Shown: one piece after another, positions 12,186-26,483 of the stretch
How the letters are laid out: every line of letters starts with the position of its first letter
How positions within the stretch are numbered: position 1 is the stretch's first letter
Assembly (NCBI RefSeq): GCF_947568905.1
Contig: NC_079171.1
Span: 68,200,001-68,264,000, forward strand
Length of the DNA stretch: 64,000 bases
Direction: 5' to 3'
DNA from: Ostrea edulis
Taxonomy: Eukaryota
The notes under the pieces: model-generated
Told to the model about the DNA's origin: nothing
The model's database searches: none
What the model saw: the letters and a program-made list of their open reading frames with translations, nothing else
Program-made: the position numbers and the translations under genes

Positions 12186-15100
12186 AATCGCCAGGGGATC
12201 CTTACTCCTCCTAGACACCTACGCCCACCCTTGGTGTGCCCAGGGGTCCGTAATTGCCCAACTATCTACTTTGTATTGCTTATAGGAGTTATGAGATTGA
12301 TCACTGTTCGTTATGATCGCCTTTCATAGCTGACCCAATATTTGTTAATTGGTATACAGTGTGTTATTACCCTCTACATTTCCCCCCCAATTACATTATT
12401 GTTTTAATGCTTTTATTCAAGATTTAAAATAAGATTAACATTTTTCCATACTTTACCCAGTTAGCCTTCAATTTTATGTAGACTTCTTTTGATTTATAAT
12501 CAGTTTTAATCAAGGAAGGACACTGAAAATAACCTCATATGTCAGTTATATCAACATTTTCGTTTAAAGTCAGCATTTGACAAATTGTATGGTCGTTTCA
12601 ACGATCCGATTTGCCACACAAACATGCCATTAGGTCAAATGTTGTCAAACGTGTTTGATGCATAAAGTGGAATTTTATAACAAGGATAAAACATGAAGGA
12701 ACATGTTCACATGAATGGAGGGAGACTGTTATACTACATATGCATATTCATAAATGTTGATGACTGAATTTCTTACATGAATCCACATCAATTTCCATTC
12801 TATAGTATCTCTGACAAATTATTAAAAAATGGAAGGGATTTCTATTGAATAATAACTGAAAGGTCATTAGATGTTCACTATCAGCTGACTGACATATAAC
12901 AGAAAAGTTAGTGACAAACTAAAGCGTTATTGAATAACTGTAAAGTGACTTAATCTGAAACATGGTAACTGGAAGTTGAGTGAATATAATTAAAATTAGC
13001 TTATTGATTACTGAAAGCTGACTTAAAACTTAATCAAGTGTGAGTAAAAGATACCCTAAATGTGGACGATTGGTCGGTAAATGATGACTGAATGAAAAGC
13101 TCGGAGATTTGTTTACTGTAACCAATGGAAATACTTACGGGGGACAACTCTTTCAAGCTTCAAATTGGGGTACCCAAAGGGGATTTAAAAATACAAATCT
13201 GAGATTTAAATGCTTATATATTTTTTGGACAAAATTCCCCCTGATAGTGTCACCAATGTAAATATCTAAGCTTTGTTTTTCATTACCAAGTTTATAGTTA
13301 AGAATAGTATTATCAAAGAATAAAATGAAATAAAATTAATAAATTAAATGTACATATTTTATTTAAATGCAAAAATGAATAATAAGGAGTAAAAATACAC
13401 ATGTTTATAAATATAGATAAATAAATGAATATATATTGAACGTGAATAAATAAGTGCTAAATAAAAAATACACAGAAAGTCAATGAAATACACAAGCATA
13501 TTCTTAAGTAGTATATCTATTAAATATAATCACTGCATATCACAGCACACAAAACAAAATTAGAATTATATAAAAAGGTAAATCCTGTTTCGCTTTTTTA
13601 AAACTAAAACTACTTGTATATGCATACTTATATTTATTGTTTGTTTGGTTTTTGTTGTTGTTGGTGTTTTTGGTTGTTGTTTTTTTTTTTTTTTTTTTGG
13701 AGACAGTATTATTCTATATATCTTATGGTCACTTTCCTTGATTTGATTTTTGATTTAATTTGTACGTATTTCATTACATATATAATATACAATTATACAA
13801 TAGGTTTGAGTAATATCTCTGATGACTTATGAGGTTCTGATTTTCCTTCTACGAGCTTTTTGTGATATGTCTTGTACTAGCCCCCCCCCCCCTAAATTTT
13901 GAATTATGATGTGATTAACACGAGAGATACCATCGTACATTTAAAACTGCCCGGTGGAGAGAACACTACAAGGATTGTAACCTAATGGTATTTTTTTAAT
14001 ATTTAGAATATATATATCATTTTTTAAAGTCAAGTGGGGGTGGGGGTGGTGGTAGGGATAGCTTGTCGGAGTTGTCTAAAATTCTTGAAAAGCAGAAATA
14101 AATAAATAAACCGTAATAAAAAACCACCAAGTTATTTCCGCAAAACTTTCAAAATCCTACATTTTTCAGTTCTTCGGATGAGACTGCAAAAAACAAGGCC
14201 CCGTGTCACCGAAGGTGTGACACGATAAAGATCATTCCCTGCTCTAAGACCATAAGCGCCAAACATAGGCCTACATTTTGAAGCCCTTCACCGGGAATGG
14301 TGACATTTTTTACCTAGGCTTCGATTTCCATTTTTAAACTTGGGGAGGGGGGAGGTCGTTCATCCATCATTAATATATTGAGTCAATATTCATAATTTCA
14401 ATCTTACATTCTTCAGTTGTCAGTTGAGGGGGTTGGGAATTCATAATTTGTTTTTGCTTTCCGTTATTTCTGTACGTTTAAAGTTACCGGTAGTTATTTT
14501 CAAATGCAAAATCAGCTATATAGGTAAATTGCCACCCTCCACTTTTTTTTAAATAAAAGAAATGTATAGTAAGAATGTACGCTTTAACTGATGGATTAAA
14601 ACCATGTCGTGATTATGGAAAGCTAAGCCCCAACCTAACACACCCATCCACATATTAAGCTATATATAAGGAACCACTGGGCGAATTTCTATAAAAGTTA
14701 GTACTAATCATCATTGAGTAAAAGACATCCAAGTTTGCTCAATTCAGGGACTCATGGGGTAGGGTGGGACCACAATAGGAAATCAAAATTTTATATGGGA
14801 ATATACAGGAATTCTTCTCTAGAGTAGCAGGGCCACATTAAATCATATCCCAATGCAAATTTGTACATGTTGTGTGGATTAGATTTTAATGCCCCCGCGA
14901 ATATAGTCAAATAGTATTGTTTTGTCCTGTCTACAGGTACGTATATATGAAACTTTAACCGTAATTGCTCATAACTGTTGAATGGTGAGTGACAGAGCTG
15001 TCATATTTCATATCCATATTCTTTAAAACTTGATCGATTGATTGATTGTAGATTGTTTAACATCCCTCTCAATAATATTTCACTCATATGGAGACGTCAC

Positions 15101-17049
15101 CACGGCCGGTAAAATTCAGGCCGATGCTCGGCGCTTATGGCCATTGAACAGGGTTGAATCTTTATCGTGCCACACCTGCTGTGACACGGGACTTCGGTTT
15201 TTGCAGTCTCATCCGAAGGACCGCCCCATTTAGTCGCCTTTTAAGACAAGCAAGGGAGTACTGAGGACCTATTCTAACCCGGATCGTGCCAATACTTTAT
15301 TTTGGTGTCAAAGCTTAAGCCTTTTGATCTTGACCTTGAATAATTAAGGGGTTTAACCTACTTTTAAGGAAACTTAACCTATCTTACCTCATGAACTATA
15401 TAAGATAGTGCTTTCACAATATGCATATACATTACCTATGGTAGAGACTTAAATTCTATGCACAATGTTTGACCTTGGAGTTTGACCCAGATTTCAAAAC
15501 TCCAATCTTACTCAATTGTAGCTTTTAGGACTCTTATACATTCATTTTGACAATTTTTTGTTTGGTTTCAAAGTTTCTAAATTTTTGACCTTAACCTTGG
15601 ATTTTGAACTACTTTGAAGAAAACCTAACCTATCAAATACCGCCTGTACTTTCATGATACAGTACGCTTATATAAATTATTTATGGTAAAACCGTTTATT
15701 TATTACTATGCTGTTTGACCTCTGCATGTTTGTTTGGCGTCCCATTGGGAATTTTTCACTCATTGAGATATCACAAGCTGTAGGTTTGGACCTATGCGTT
15801 ATCAGCGCTCAGAGCCGACGCAATGAGGGTTCTTTAATGTGCCAACGCCTGCCACGACACAGGACCTCTGTTTTTAATTAATATGCACTGTTCAGTTGTA
15901 CAATACTTAACCAATGATGTCCACAATGTGCAAAATAAACTCATGACCGAATTGTAAGCAATTTGCTTACGCTCTGTTTTCTATAAAATACTTTACATAA
16001 ATTAGTGAAACCTTAGCGTAACGCACTGTAACGTAAACATAGTGTCATTTGATTACAAATATCTGTATATAATATATTCATTCTAAAAGTATGGAAGTTT
16101 CAATCAATACTAGGTTGTAAACAATTAATAGTGCATGTAATATTTATAGATTTTTATTGAAATATAGATACATTGGTCATTGATTTGAAACACATATTTT
16201 GTAGAAAAGTGGTTACAAACAACTTCACAACCATGATATTTTGCAATCTATCTTTAGTAACAACATGCGGGTTGTTAATCCCAAAATGCGATTTTCTTAA
16301 TTTACATTCGATACGCTTCAAAATGATATATGGTGCAAATGGTAAATATCTTATATAAAATGTGACTTGTGGATGCTACCAGTAAGGACAATTGGCTAAC
16401 TAAACACGGTTAAAGGCCTGTGGTTTAAAAAACAAAACAAAAAAAAAAAACATAAACACAAAGAAGGTTCTTAATTGCATATTCTCGTGTGACGGTATAG
16501 CCTTAGAAATTCCGGTGCCGAAGGGCAAAAGTGTTGCAGATCGTTATTACCGAGATGTTATACTAAAAAACCTCAAAAATAGTCCTTATTCAAATGATCC
16601 ATGTTTGCCTAACTCTGTATTTTCCATTGCTTATGGAAGTCATTATATTGATCACTGGTCATCAATACCCCCTTGAGAATCGTACGATCCTTCGGACGAG
16701 ACAGCAAAAACGGAGGCCCCGTGTCATAGCAGGTGTGAAACGATAGATACCCCCTGCTCAAAGACAGTAAGCTCCGAGCATAGGCCTAAATTTGACAGCC
16801 CTCCACGGACAATGGTCACTTATCCATTTGAGTGAAATATTCCCGAATGGGACGTTAAGCAATATACAAATCAATTAATCAACCACCCCTCCTACTAAGA
16901 AACACTTGCATACATAGTTGTATGTTTGTGAATAGCATATCTCAATGGAATATTTACCCTAACGGCCTAATCATATTGTGTAAATATTGCAGTGGGAATG
17001 TTCAGCTAGTAGCGTGATGCGTGAATCTGTGTAGGATGATTGAGATGTA

Positions 17050-18250
17050 AAGCAATAAAATGTACGTTTTCTATGAAAGATTAACTGAAATATGCAGTTT
17101 CACCAAAACAAAATTTAAGCAAAAAGGGTCAAATACTTCTTGTCTGCGCGGGATAACGCTTTCTCCTCCAATACTTTGATCACCAGCCTGGACGCCAGTT
17201 CATTTTTGCTCTGTTTTAGGATGGTATCTTCATCTACCATTTTGCCATTTGTACGTATGCCAAGACTTCCAAAACTTAGTAGATTTAGTGAATTGATGAT
17301 ATATGATTCTGCCGTCGTATCGTTTAAAGTTACCATGGTTGGCATTTGAGGAGAAACGTGGAATATCATTAAATTCAATGACATATCTTGCTAGTAATGT
17401 TGATGTTCAAATAACTAGTATAAGTTATACCTTCCCCTGCAACATTCAAATAGATGCATGTTTACACTAATCCAAGCAAGTTATTTGCACTCCAACAAAT
17501 TGTTGCATACACGTGATTGGTTTTATTACCCTAAAGGCCTATGCATATTAAGAAATATTGCATGGTCATAATATAAAAGAAAATCACTGTAGAGTATACG
17601 ATTTATTGCCATTTGATACTTGCATGATACCAAAGAATCGTAATCCTTTCACCAATATTTGAAAGCAAATTTAGAAATTGGTAGTTTAAAATATCACTGC
17701 ATGTTTTCATTAACGCCAACTTTGTTTTGTTTACATTTCCCCTACAATGTCATTATAACTCTGTACATTGTGAATTAAAGTTTGTTGTGCCGTGAAGCAG
17801 TGCGAAATACCATATGTCACACGGTACTGCAATATTGTCTTTTGCGGGATCTTTGTTTCATTGGTACCTGTCCTGACATCGCGCGTTATCTTCAATACCA
17901 ATACGGTGTTATGTTGTGATGATAGTGTTATTTTTTCTTTCATTCTAGATATACACTGTTTTATTGAGCAAAGTTTGAATCACAAACTTCTTGAATAAGG
18001 CATTGTATTTCTTTGGTGTGGTCTGAAGCGTCGGTAAACTATATATTGTTGTGGTCCAATAAAATGATTTTAATCAAGACAGAACAAAGCTTATGATACA
18101 TAGTAGCATTGATCTGCAAAAAAGCTATAGATGAGGATGTAGTTGATAACGTGAACCTTCCAATATACAAGTCTGCAGTAGTGTTCATCATATCACTAGC
18201 AGTGGTTGGTCATTGGTTAAAACGTTCGCTTACTACACCAAAATATTTTG
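17050..18250 (-). pseudogene. Decayed intronless ORF, possibly a class-B2 (adhesion/Methuselah-like) 7TM receptor
   Basis: Joined across frameshifts: ectodomain-like NNTIITT..DNIAVPCDIW, TM1-like LLSNIGERITIL, hydrophobic IFFYIMTMQYFLICIG, TM3-like CIYLNVAG, TM5-like YIINSLNLLSFGSLGIRTNG. The motif match is by eye and weak, with charged residues in the putative TM1. Confidence 0.3.
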
Positions 18251-19005
18251 AGCTCAAGACCTATGAATCACTCACCATTAACAAGTGAGAGTCATGTATT
18301 TTAGTAACTTGTCTTAAAACAGATCTTCGCTGTTGCAGTGGGTTCTGGCACGCTAAATAATCACCAATGAGACGGTTATGAGCGTTAAACGTTAACATAA
18401 ATATATGACGAAACGAAACATGGATTCTTAAATATACTTAATGCAAAATATTACCGTGCCATTCAACGAAAAATGAAGAGTGCTTGAAGTGCAAAAAAAA
18501 AACCGCATAAAAAGCACATGTCTTGCTATGAGCTATGGGATTGATCAATCATGTTTAGCTTCACCTGGTCATGACACAGTTGAAATTCTATGTTTCACTA
18601 CTAAGAATTCATGAAGAGCGAACGATGAACGAAATGTGAAGAAAAACAATTGATTTACATATTTTATATAACATACTGATTGGAGTTATGAGATTGATCG
18701 GTGTTCGTTATTTCACCTTTCATTCTGTTATGGTGTACAGTTAATTTCAAAGGTCACTATTACATGGATGACGACATAAGACTGCTATATTTACCTCCTC
18801 GACTTAAAATCTGATGCCACCATTGATGGATACGTAGAGGTATCATGAAGGTAGAAATAAATCCGGAAATCAGGTTCACTGCATGCAGTGGTAATTCTTG
18901 ACTATAGTCAATCACATTGTTAAGTTCTTATATATACCAACGTTGTTTAGAAAACATTTTTGGAAGTTGCAATTAACTATATTCATTGGATACACATTAC
19001 GTATG

Positions 19006-19535
19006 ATGAAAGGTGAAGATAACGAATAGTGATCAATCGCATAACTCCTCCAAGCAAAAAAAAAATAGATAGTTGGGCAAACACTGACCCCTGGACACAC
19101 AAGAGGTGACATCAGGTGCCTAGGAGGAGTGAGCATCCCCTGTCGACCGGTCACACCCGCTGTGAGCACTAAATCCTGTTCAGGTAAACGGAATTATCCA
19201 CAGTCAAATCCAATGTGCAAGAACGGCTTAACATTAATGAAACACGTCAGACAGCATTTGACCCAATGGTATGTTGTATTGACGAACTAAATCGTTATTA
19301 CGACCATAGAATTTGCGAAATGCCGACTTCAATCGATACTGATGGAACCCCTGCACCATCAACTTGTTCGTCAGTAGCGCACCTCGATTTAAAAACTGAC
19401 TATACGCAGAACAAGCTCTTGCATATTAAATTAGTTGAAATATATAAACACTATATGCAGGTGAGGATGGAATATTGCTACATAAATATGGGAGGTTGAC
19501 GATGGAGAAGCTGAACTCATCCCGTTTGTCATACA
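19006..19535 (-). mobile_element. Penelope-like 3' fragment
   Basis: On + begins atgaaaggtgaagataacga (reverse complement of the shared 3' terminus) and extends into the RT thumb region. Confidence 0.85.
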
Positions 19536-21574
19536 GTTGAATTGTCATTTTGCCGTTAATGTCTATAATTAAGGGGGGGAAGTCGTTATTGACCTTAACA
19601 ATCGAGAGTAGTGAGGACTATTCAACATTCAACCTCCTTCTGTTTCATAACCGGAAACACTTCAAACGAATTTTCTTGCATAACCGATACAGTATGACTT
19701 AGGACATGAGTAGCCGTGCAAATACAGCCACGAATATTCAAGATAAGGCAAACTTGTATCAAACAATTAATTATACTGTCTAAAGAATAACTTATTTCCA
19801 TAATATCTTTTTATTCCGTTGTCAAACTTGTTTACATTGCACAAATGTTGGATTGTGATTGTCCTAATTATTCATTTTGTGCAGAATCTAGGCATGCGAA
19901 ATTTAAAACGGATGGTAGTTTGATAAATCATGTAGCATTGTTTACTGATCGTATTTAAAATTCAAGTTAAATACTTTTCTGAACATGACAAAAAATGTCA
20001 AAGAATCAAATTTGGGGTTAGAAACGTTTCTTTTTCAAATAAAAACGTCTTTCGGCGTACTGTTTTTAGCACTTTGTTATGGGGACCGGCAACATTAATT
20101 CGTTCCCTTGAAATGTATATCTCAAATAGGCAAACGTGCTAATTCCTTGTCAAAATTAGTATGTAAAGAACGGTTAAACAATTTGTATGGAACACATCAG
20201 ACAGCATTCTACCCAAAGTATGTACCTCAGTGTTAAAATATATAAAATCTGAAAGCAAAATACAATATCAATGTTCACGTTCACAAAAGACACTTGTAGA
20301 TTATTTCAACATGGGTATACGCGGAGTGAAAGATTCAAGTAACTTGTGTAATCCAAGAAGCTAGTGATGTATCAATCACAAACTGGCCGTTTTATTTCTC
20401 TGTATGTTATCCTATCGTTATGTATTTCAGAACCCACAATATATGTAACAGTTGTCTCAACAACTTAACGTTCATATGTTATTGACTTGTAGGAATTTAA
20501 AATAAAGGCATTCTTACAAGGTTTGACTCTTTACTCTTTGAGCACTAAACCAATCGAATTAAACTGTTTTTACTAGACCTGACCTTACATTCACTAACCC
20601 TGACAAACTATCAATAAATATACTTACAAACTTTACGTTTGAACTAAAACGTATTTCATCATAAACGTAGTCTCATAATTGATGTTTTTATTTCAAAACA
20701 TGATATTTTTGGAATCTTTAAATTATACCCAGCACGGTCAATCTTCAGTCCATTAAGAATACGATGACTTAGACCATTTAATTTATTTATATTTCATCAA
20801 TCTGCTTTGTTTGCTGACGTTTTCTTCTCTTCTCTTGAGACATCTTTTTATACGGACAAAAATCCGTATTTAGATAGACAAATAGCTGTGAGACGTAATC
20901 TATTAATTTCGTCAAAACTCCCCTGCGTTAAATAGAAATAAACTGTGTTGAATTAAAATGAGTTCAATTTTACCTTTCATATAGCTTTACCAGACAGAAA
21001 TTTACACACTTTTTGATTTTAATTAACAGCGTGTATATGTCGTAATTATCACTTCCAACTGCGACTTATTTATTACAACTACAAATAGACACTGTGTCAT
21101 CACGCGCTTTACATTTGTTCACAAATACCGTCCACTTATTCTCTTGTTAAGAATAACATACTCAGTGAAACAATATGAATTTGAATTCAATTTATTTTTA
21201 AACACGGCCAGTCAGATTAGTAAATGTAAAACTTATACGGTACCAATTTTGATGCACCAGATGCGCATTTCAACAAAATACCATTTACCCGATCATTTAG
21301 TAGACTCATTTGGTTGGGGGTGATGTATTGTGTAATACCTCAATATCTAGACTTTGACGTTCAGTTGTTGTAAAACTTATAACAGCAATTAAATATACAT
21401 CCGTATTTTCAAGATGGTAACGAAGTACTTAGCTATGTCTCTTCAGTGATGCTCAACCGAAATGTTTGAAATCCAAAATAACAATGAAGTTTTACAGCTA
21501 TTATAGGGAAAACAGGGTGCCAAAAAAATAAAATAAGTGGAGTCAAATTTGTCTAAGGATAAGAGCTATGCATG

Positions 21575-22250
21575 AGACAAAAATCACTGTAGAGTACATG
21601 ATTCATTGCCATTTGATGCAAAGAATTTCAACCCTTTCACCAATATTTAAAAATTGGCAGTCTCAATATCACTGCATGTGTTCATTAATGTCAATTTTGT
21701 TTTGTTTACATTTTCCCTACGTTGTCATTATAACTTTGTACATTGTGAATTTAAGTTTGTTGTGACGTGAAACAATGCGAAATGCCATAAGCTACACGGT
21801 ACTGCAGTATTGTTTTTTTTCGGGATCTTTGTTTCATTGATACCTGTCTTGACATCGCGCGTTATCTTTCATACCAACACGGTGTTCTGTTGTCATGATA
21901 GTGCTATTTTTTCTTTCATTCTAAACATACGCTGTTTTATTGAGCACAGTTTGAATCACAAACTCCTTGAACAAGGCATTGTATTTCTTCGGTGTGGTCT
22001 GAAACTTCGTTAAACTATATATTGTTGTGGTCTAATAAAATAATTTTAATCATGCCATAACAAAGCTTAGGATACATAGTAGCATTGATCTGCATAAAAA
22101 CCTACAGATGAATATGTAGTTGATAACGTGAACATTCCAATAGACAAATATGCGGTAGTTTTCATCATATCACTAACAGTGGTAGGTCATTGGTTAAAAC
22201 ATTCGCATGGTAAACCAAAATATGTTGAGCTCAAGACCTATGAATCACCT
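21575..22250 (-). pseudogene. Partial third copy of the same decayed ORF (N-terminal part to TM1-like segment)
   Basis: Aligns to 17580-18250; reads NIGERVEILCIKWQ*IMYSTVIF. Confidence 0.28.
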
Positions 22251-22904
22251 ACAATTAACAAGTGAGAGTCATGTATTTTAGCAACCTGTTTTAAAACAGA
22301 TCTTCGATGTTGCAGTGGGTTTTGGCACGCTAAATAATCACCAATGAGACGGCTATGAACGGTTAGGAGCGTTAAACGTTCACATCAATACATGACAAAA
22401 CGAAACATGCATTCTTAAATATATATAATGCAAAATATTACCGTGCAATTCAGCGAAGAAAAAAATAGCGCTTGAAGTGCCAAAGAAAACACATAAAAAG
22501 CACATGTCCTCATAGTAGGTATGGGGTTAGCTTCACCTTGTCATAACACAGTTGAAGTTTTATTTGTCGCTACTAAAGAATAGGTGACGAGCGAACTATG
22601 ATTAACGTATGGGAGTTATGAGATTGATCAGTGTTCGTTAACTCACCTTTCATTCTGCCATGATGTACAGTTAATTTCAAAGGCCACAATTACATGAACG
22701 AATATATAAGGCTGCTATATATAATTCCTCGACTTAAATTCCGATGCCACCAATTATGGATACGTAGAGGTAGCATGGAAGTAGAAATAACTCCGGAAAT
22801 CAGGATCATCACATTGTTAGGTTCTGTTTTATACCAACATTGTTAAGAAAACATTTGGGACAGTTTCAATTAACTATAGTCAATGGATATACATCACGTA
22901 TCAT

Positions 22905-23930
22905 CAAATGTGAAGATAACGAAGAGTGATCAACCTCATAACTCCTACAAGCAATACAAAAATGAGACTTGGGCAAAAACAGACCCCTGGACACACCAGA
23001 GATGGGATCAGGTGCCTAGGAGGAGTAAGTATCCCCTGTCGACCGGTCACACCCGCCGTGAGCCCTGTATCCTGTTCAGGTAAACGGACTTATCCGCAGT
23101 CAAAATAAGTGTACCAAGAACGGCTTAACAAACGGTATAAAGCACGTCAAACAGCATTTGGCCAAATGATATGTTGTATGACAAACTAGATCGTTATAAC
23201 TACCATAGGATTTGCGAACTGCTGACCTCAATCGATACTTTTGAAACCCCTGTACCATCAACTTGTTTGTCAGTAACTTGCCTCGATTTAAAAACCGACT
23301 AGACGCAGAACAAGCTCTTGCATATCGAATCTGTTGAGGTATATAAACACCATATGTAGGTGATTATGGAATATTGCTACATACATGTGGGAAGTTGACG
23401 ATGGAGAAGCTGAACTCATCCCGTTTGTCATACGATGGAGCTGTCAGTTTGCCGTTAATGTCTACTTTATATATTCATATCTAAACAAATCAGAACACGT
23501 TTTTATTGACTCATGAAAGACAAAGATAACGAACAGTGATCAATCTCATAACTCCTATAAGGCATACAAAATAGAACCACTGGGCCACTAGCAATACCAG
23601 GGATCAGGTGTCTAGGAGGAGTTAGCATCCTATGTCGACTGATAACACCCGGTGCGAGCCCTATATCTTGATCCGGTAAATGGAGTTATCCATAATCACA
23701 ATCAGTGTTCCTAGAACGATTTAAAAATCGGTATAAAACACGGCAGACAGCATTTGACCCAATGATATGTTGTATTTTGGAAGTAAATCATCATGACGAC
23801 CATACGATTTGCGAAATGCTGATTTTAAATGAGATTATTGGAACTCCTGCAATGTCAGTTTGTTTGTCAGTAGCCTGCTTCGATTTAAACACTGACCACA
23901 TGCAGAACAACCTCATGCGTATCGAATAAT
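22905..23930 (-). mobile_element. Two adjacent Penelope-like 3' fragments (about 22905-23445 and 23515-23930)
   Basis: Same family consensus; the second is the paralog of about 40845-41205. Confidence 0.82.
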
Positions 23931-24130
23931 GCGATTGTACCTTTCTAAATTATAATCATGACTATTACTGGAAGTGCCTGTAAAATAATGTAATCGAGTT
24001 TTCAATCTCATTTGTTAAGAAATAGAGTAGTTATTGTGAATCACATCATCCGTTGTCAAAAATAATTTAAAGAGAGTATAGCATTTATCCAGTTACTGCT
24101 ATTAGATGTATACATTTCTTTCTCTTTCAG

Positions 24131-24202
24131 GGACCTAGATGGCAATCAAATAACAAAGATACCCGAGACAGCATTCTCTGGTCTGGTGAATTTACAAACT
24201 CT
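24131..24202 (+). CDS. 72-nt LRR exon (one 24-aa typical-type leucine-rich repeat) of a multi-exon LRR protein gene
   Basis: Polypyrimidine acceptor tttctttctctttcAG ends at 24130 and donor GTAAGT starts at 24203. Exactly 72 nt, 1 nt + 23 codons + 2 nt, no stop. Translates (x)DLDGNQITKIPETAFSGLVNLQT(L), matching xLxxNxIxxIPxxAFxGLxxLxxL. The host gene (LGR, Toll, Slit-like or other) cannot be identified from the window. Confidence 0.87.
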
Positions 24203-24475
24203 GTAAGTGTGTTTTACTTGTATTTTTTTTAAAACAAAGAAAACGATCAGAAAAGTATCTGTATAATACCCACTTTACGAAAGACAAAAATACATATCTA
24301 GATTTGTAAAATAAAACATCCGAATCTTTATCACACACACAAAACAAGTACACTCGTGTCAAGATGAATTTTCAGAATCTCTAGTCAGATTAAACTAGAA
24401 AAAATAGTCACCACAATGATACCGTTCAATTTGTGAACATGTCGTCTATAAAAGAAGCGCAATATTTTGTTCCTA

Positions 24476-25005
24476 TGTAAGGTGAAGATAACGAACAGTG
24501 ATCAATCTCATAACTCTTATTACCAATACAAATAGATAGGTAGGCAAACACGGACCCCTCTACACACCAGAGGTGGAATCAGGTACCTAGGATGAGTAAT
24601 CATCCCCTATCAACCGATCACACCTGTCGTGACCCCTATATCCTGATCAGGTAAGCGGAGTTATCTGCAGTCAAAATCAGTGTGCCAAGAATGGCTTAAC
24701 AATCGGTATGACACATGACATACATCATTTGACCCAATGATGGGTTGAATTGACGAACTAGATCGTTATAACGACCATAGAATTTGCGAAATGCTGACTT
24801 CGATGGAGATTGTTGAAACCCCTGTATCATCAACTTGTTTGTCAGTAGCCTGAACCAATCTAAAAAAAACCTGACCGTATGCAAAACATGTTCTTGCGTA
24901 TCGAACGAGTTGAGATATCTGGACAGCATATGCAGGTGAGAGTTGAATATCAATGCATGAATATGGGATGTTGTTGATGGAGAAGCTAATTCCGTAAATC
25001 ACTAA
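24476..25005 (-). mobile_element. Penelope-like 3' fragment
   Basis: ORFs 24696-24953 and 24766-25095 contain SPAYAVQISQLVRYART and SAFRKFYGRYNDLV. Confidence 0.85.
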
Positions 25006-26269
25006 AGGAATACAAAATTGATCATGGGGTAAAGACAAACCTTTGAAGACATGAGGCAATGTCAAGTTGTGGATGCTTAAGCAGTATTTCCACACCAGGA
25101 ACTACATTCAGCACAAACAATGCGTATTGCTCATTTAACAAACTCATCTCGCAATGTATTACTTCGCCCAGTAATATAAACCCGCAATAGTTTATCTTGG
25201 TGTTGACTGAAGTCATGCCTAAGCAACTGCGTTGTGAATTACCGCTTTTTTTCAGCAGAATGATTGTTTGGAACGTATGGCTGACCGCAATTCTAAGTAT
25301 AAACTACAGATGAAACGCTGTTATGGTATACGTTGTGGCGTTCTGTTAAATCCGTGTAGCTTTTTAAAAAAAATTCCAAATGACATATTAGACCACAACT
25401 ATTTATTTTGTATTGCTTATAAGAGTTATGAGATTGATCACTGTTCGTTATCTTCACCTTGCATGTATGGTGTCTGAGTACAAACTCAATCTTCCCATTC
25501 CATACTATTGTGTTTGCACCTTCATTCATGCATTTGATTTGTTTTCAAAACCACGTTTCCAAAGCATCTGTATACATTGTATATGGTAATATATATGTAG
25601 ATAAAGTATAATAAGGGTCAACATTTTATTCATTCCCTGGGTAGTCAAAATCAATTCCAATAATTGGTGAATAAAATCATTTCTAGTTGGTATCAAATAG
25701 AATCAGTCACAATGTAAACCGAAAAAGGTAACGTCGTCGCCAGTGGTCAGAATTAAACGTTACATCAAATATACAGAATCAATAGTAGTCTATAGCAAGC
25801 AGAATCAATTCAGATATACACACAATGCAGTAAACAGAAGCATTACTAGTATGTAGCTCATGACATATCATATGGTATTCTAAATAATTATACGTTATCG
25901 TAAATATAATCAATCCTATTCGATGAAGAGGTGAAGAAAATTATTTAATGGTTACTAAATTAAGAGTTGGACAAACACAGACCCCTTGACATACCAGGGG
26001 TGTAATCAATCGGCAAAAGGGAATTACCGCATCCCTTATCAATATGTAACACATTATCTTCACCTTTCATATGGAAAATTGAATTCCGATGGAAAGCAAG
26101 ATCAATCTAAATATACAGCAAACAAAATAAACAATAGTGTACAGTACACAAAATCAATCTTCGCGTATACCAAGTAAAAGCAGTCTTAGTGCATGGCAAA
26201 TAAATCACTTTTTGTAAAGAACAATTCTTAGAAATTAACAAATATATTCAATTTTATCATCGCTTGATT

Positions 26270-26483
26270 CCCTATTGTTCAACGTCCCTCTTGAGAATAT
26301 ACGTCACCATTGCCGGTGAAGGGCTGCAGAATGTACGCTTATGCTTGGAACTTATGCCTTTTAGGTAGGAGGGATCTTTATCATGCAAAATCTGCTCTGA
26401 CACCAGGACCACCCCCATTTAGTCACATATTACGACAGACAAGGAATATTGGAGACCTACGTTAACCCGGGTCCCCACGGGAT
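26270..26483 (-). mobile_element. Internally deleted SINE copy retaining the longest 5' structured head
   Basis: Reverse complement begins atcccgtggggacccgggttaacgtaggtctcc...gtcgtaatatgtgactaaatgggg; 3' part matches the family tail. Confidence 0.7.

Larger units (their letters stand above)
2367..17230. repeat. Head-to-tail tandem segmental duplication (2367-10728 and 10729-17230) with ATCTT microhomology
   Basis: Colinear high identity; ATCTT at 2367-2371, 10729-10733 and 17226-17230. Second unit about 1.86 kb shorter. Confidence 0.93.
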
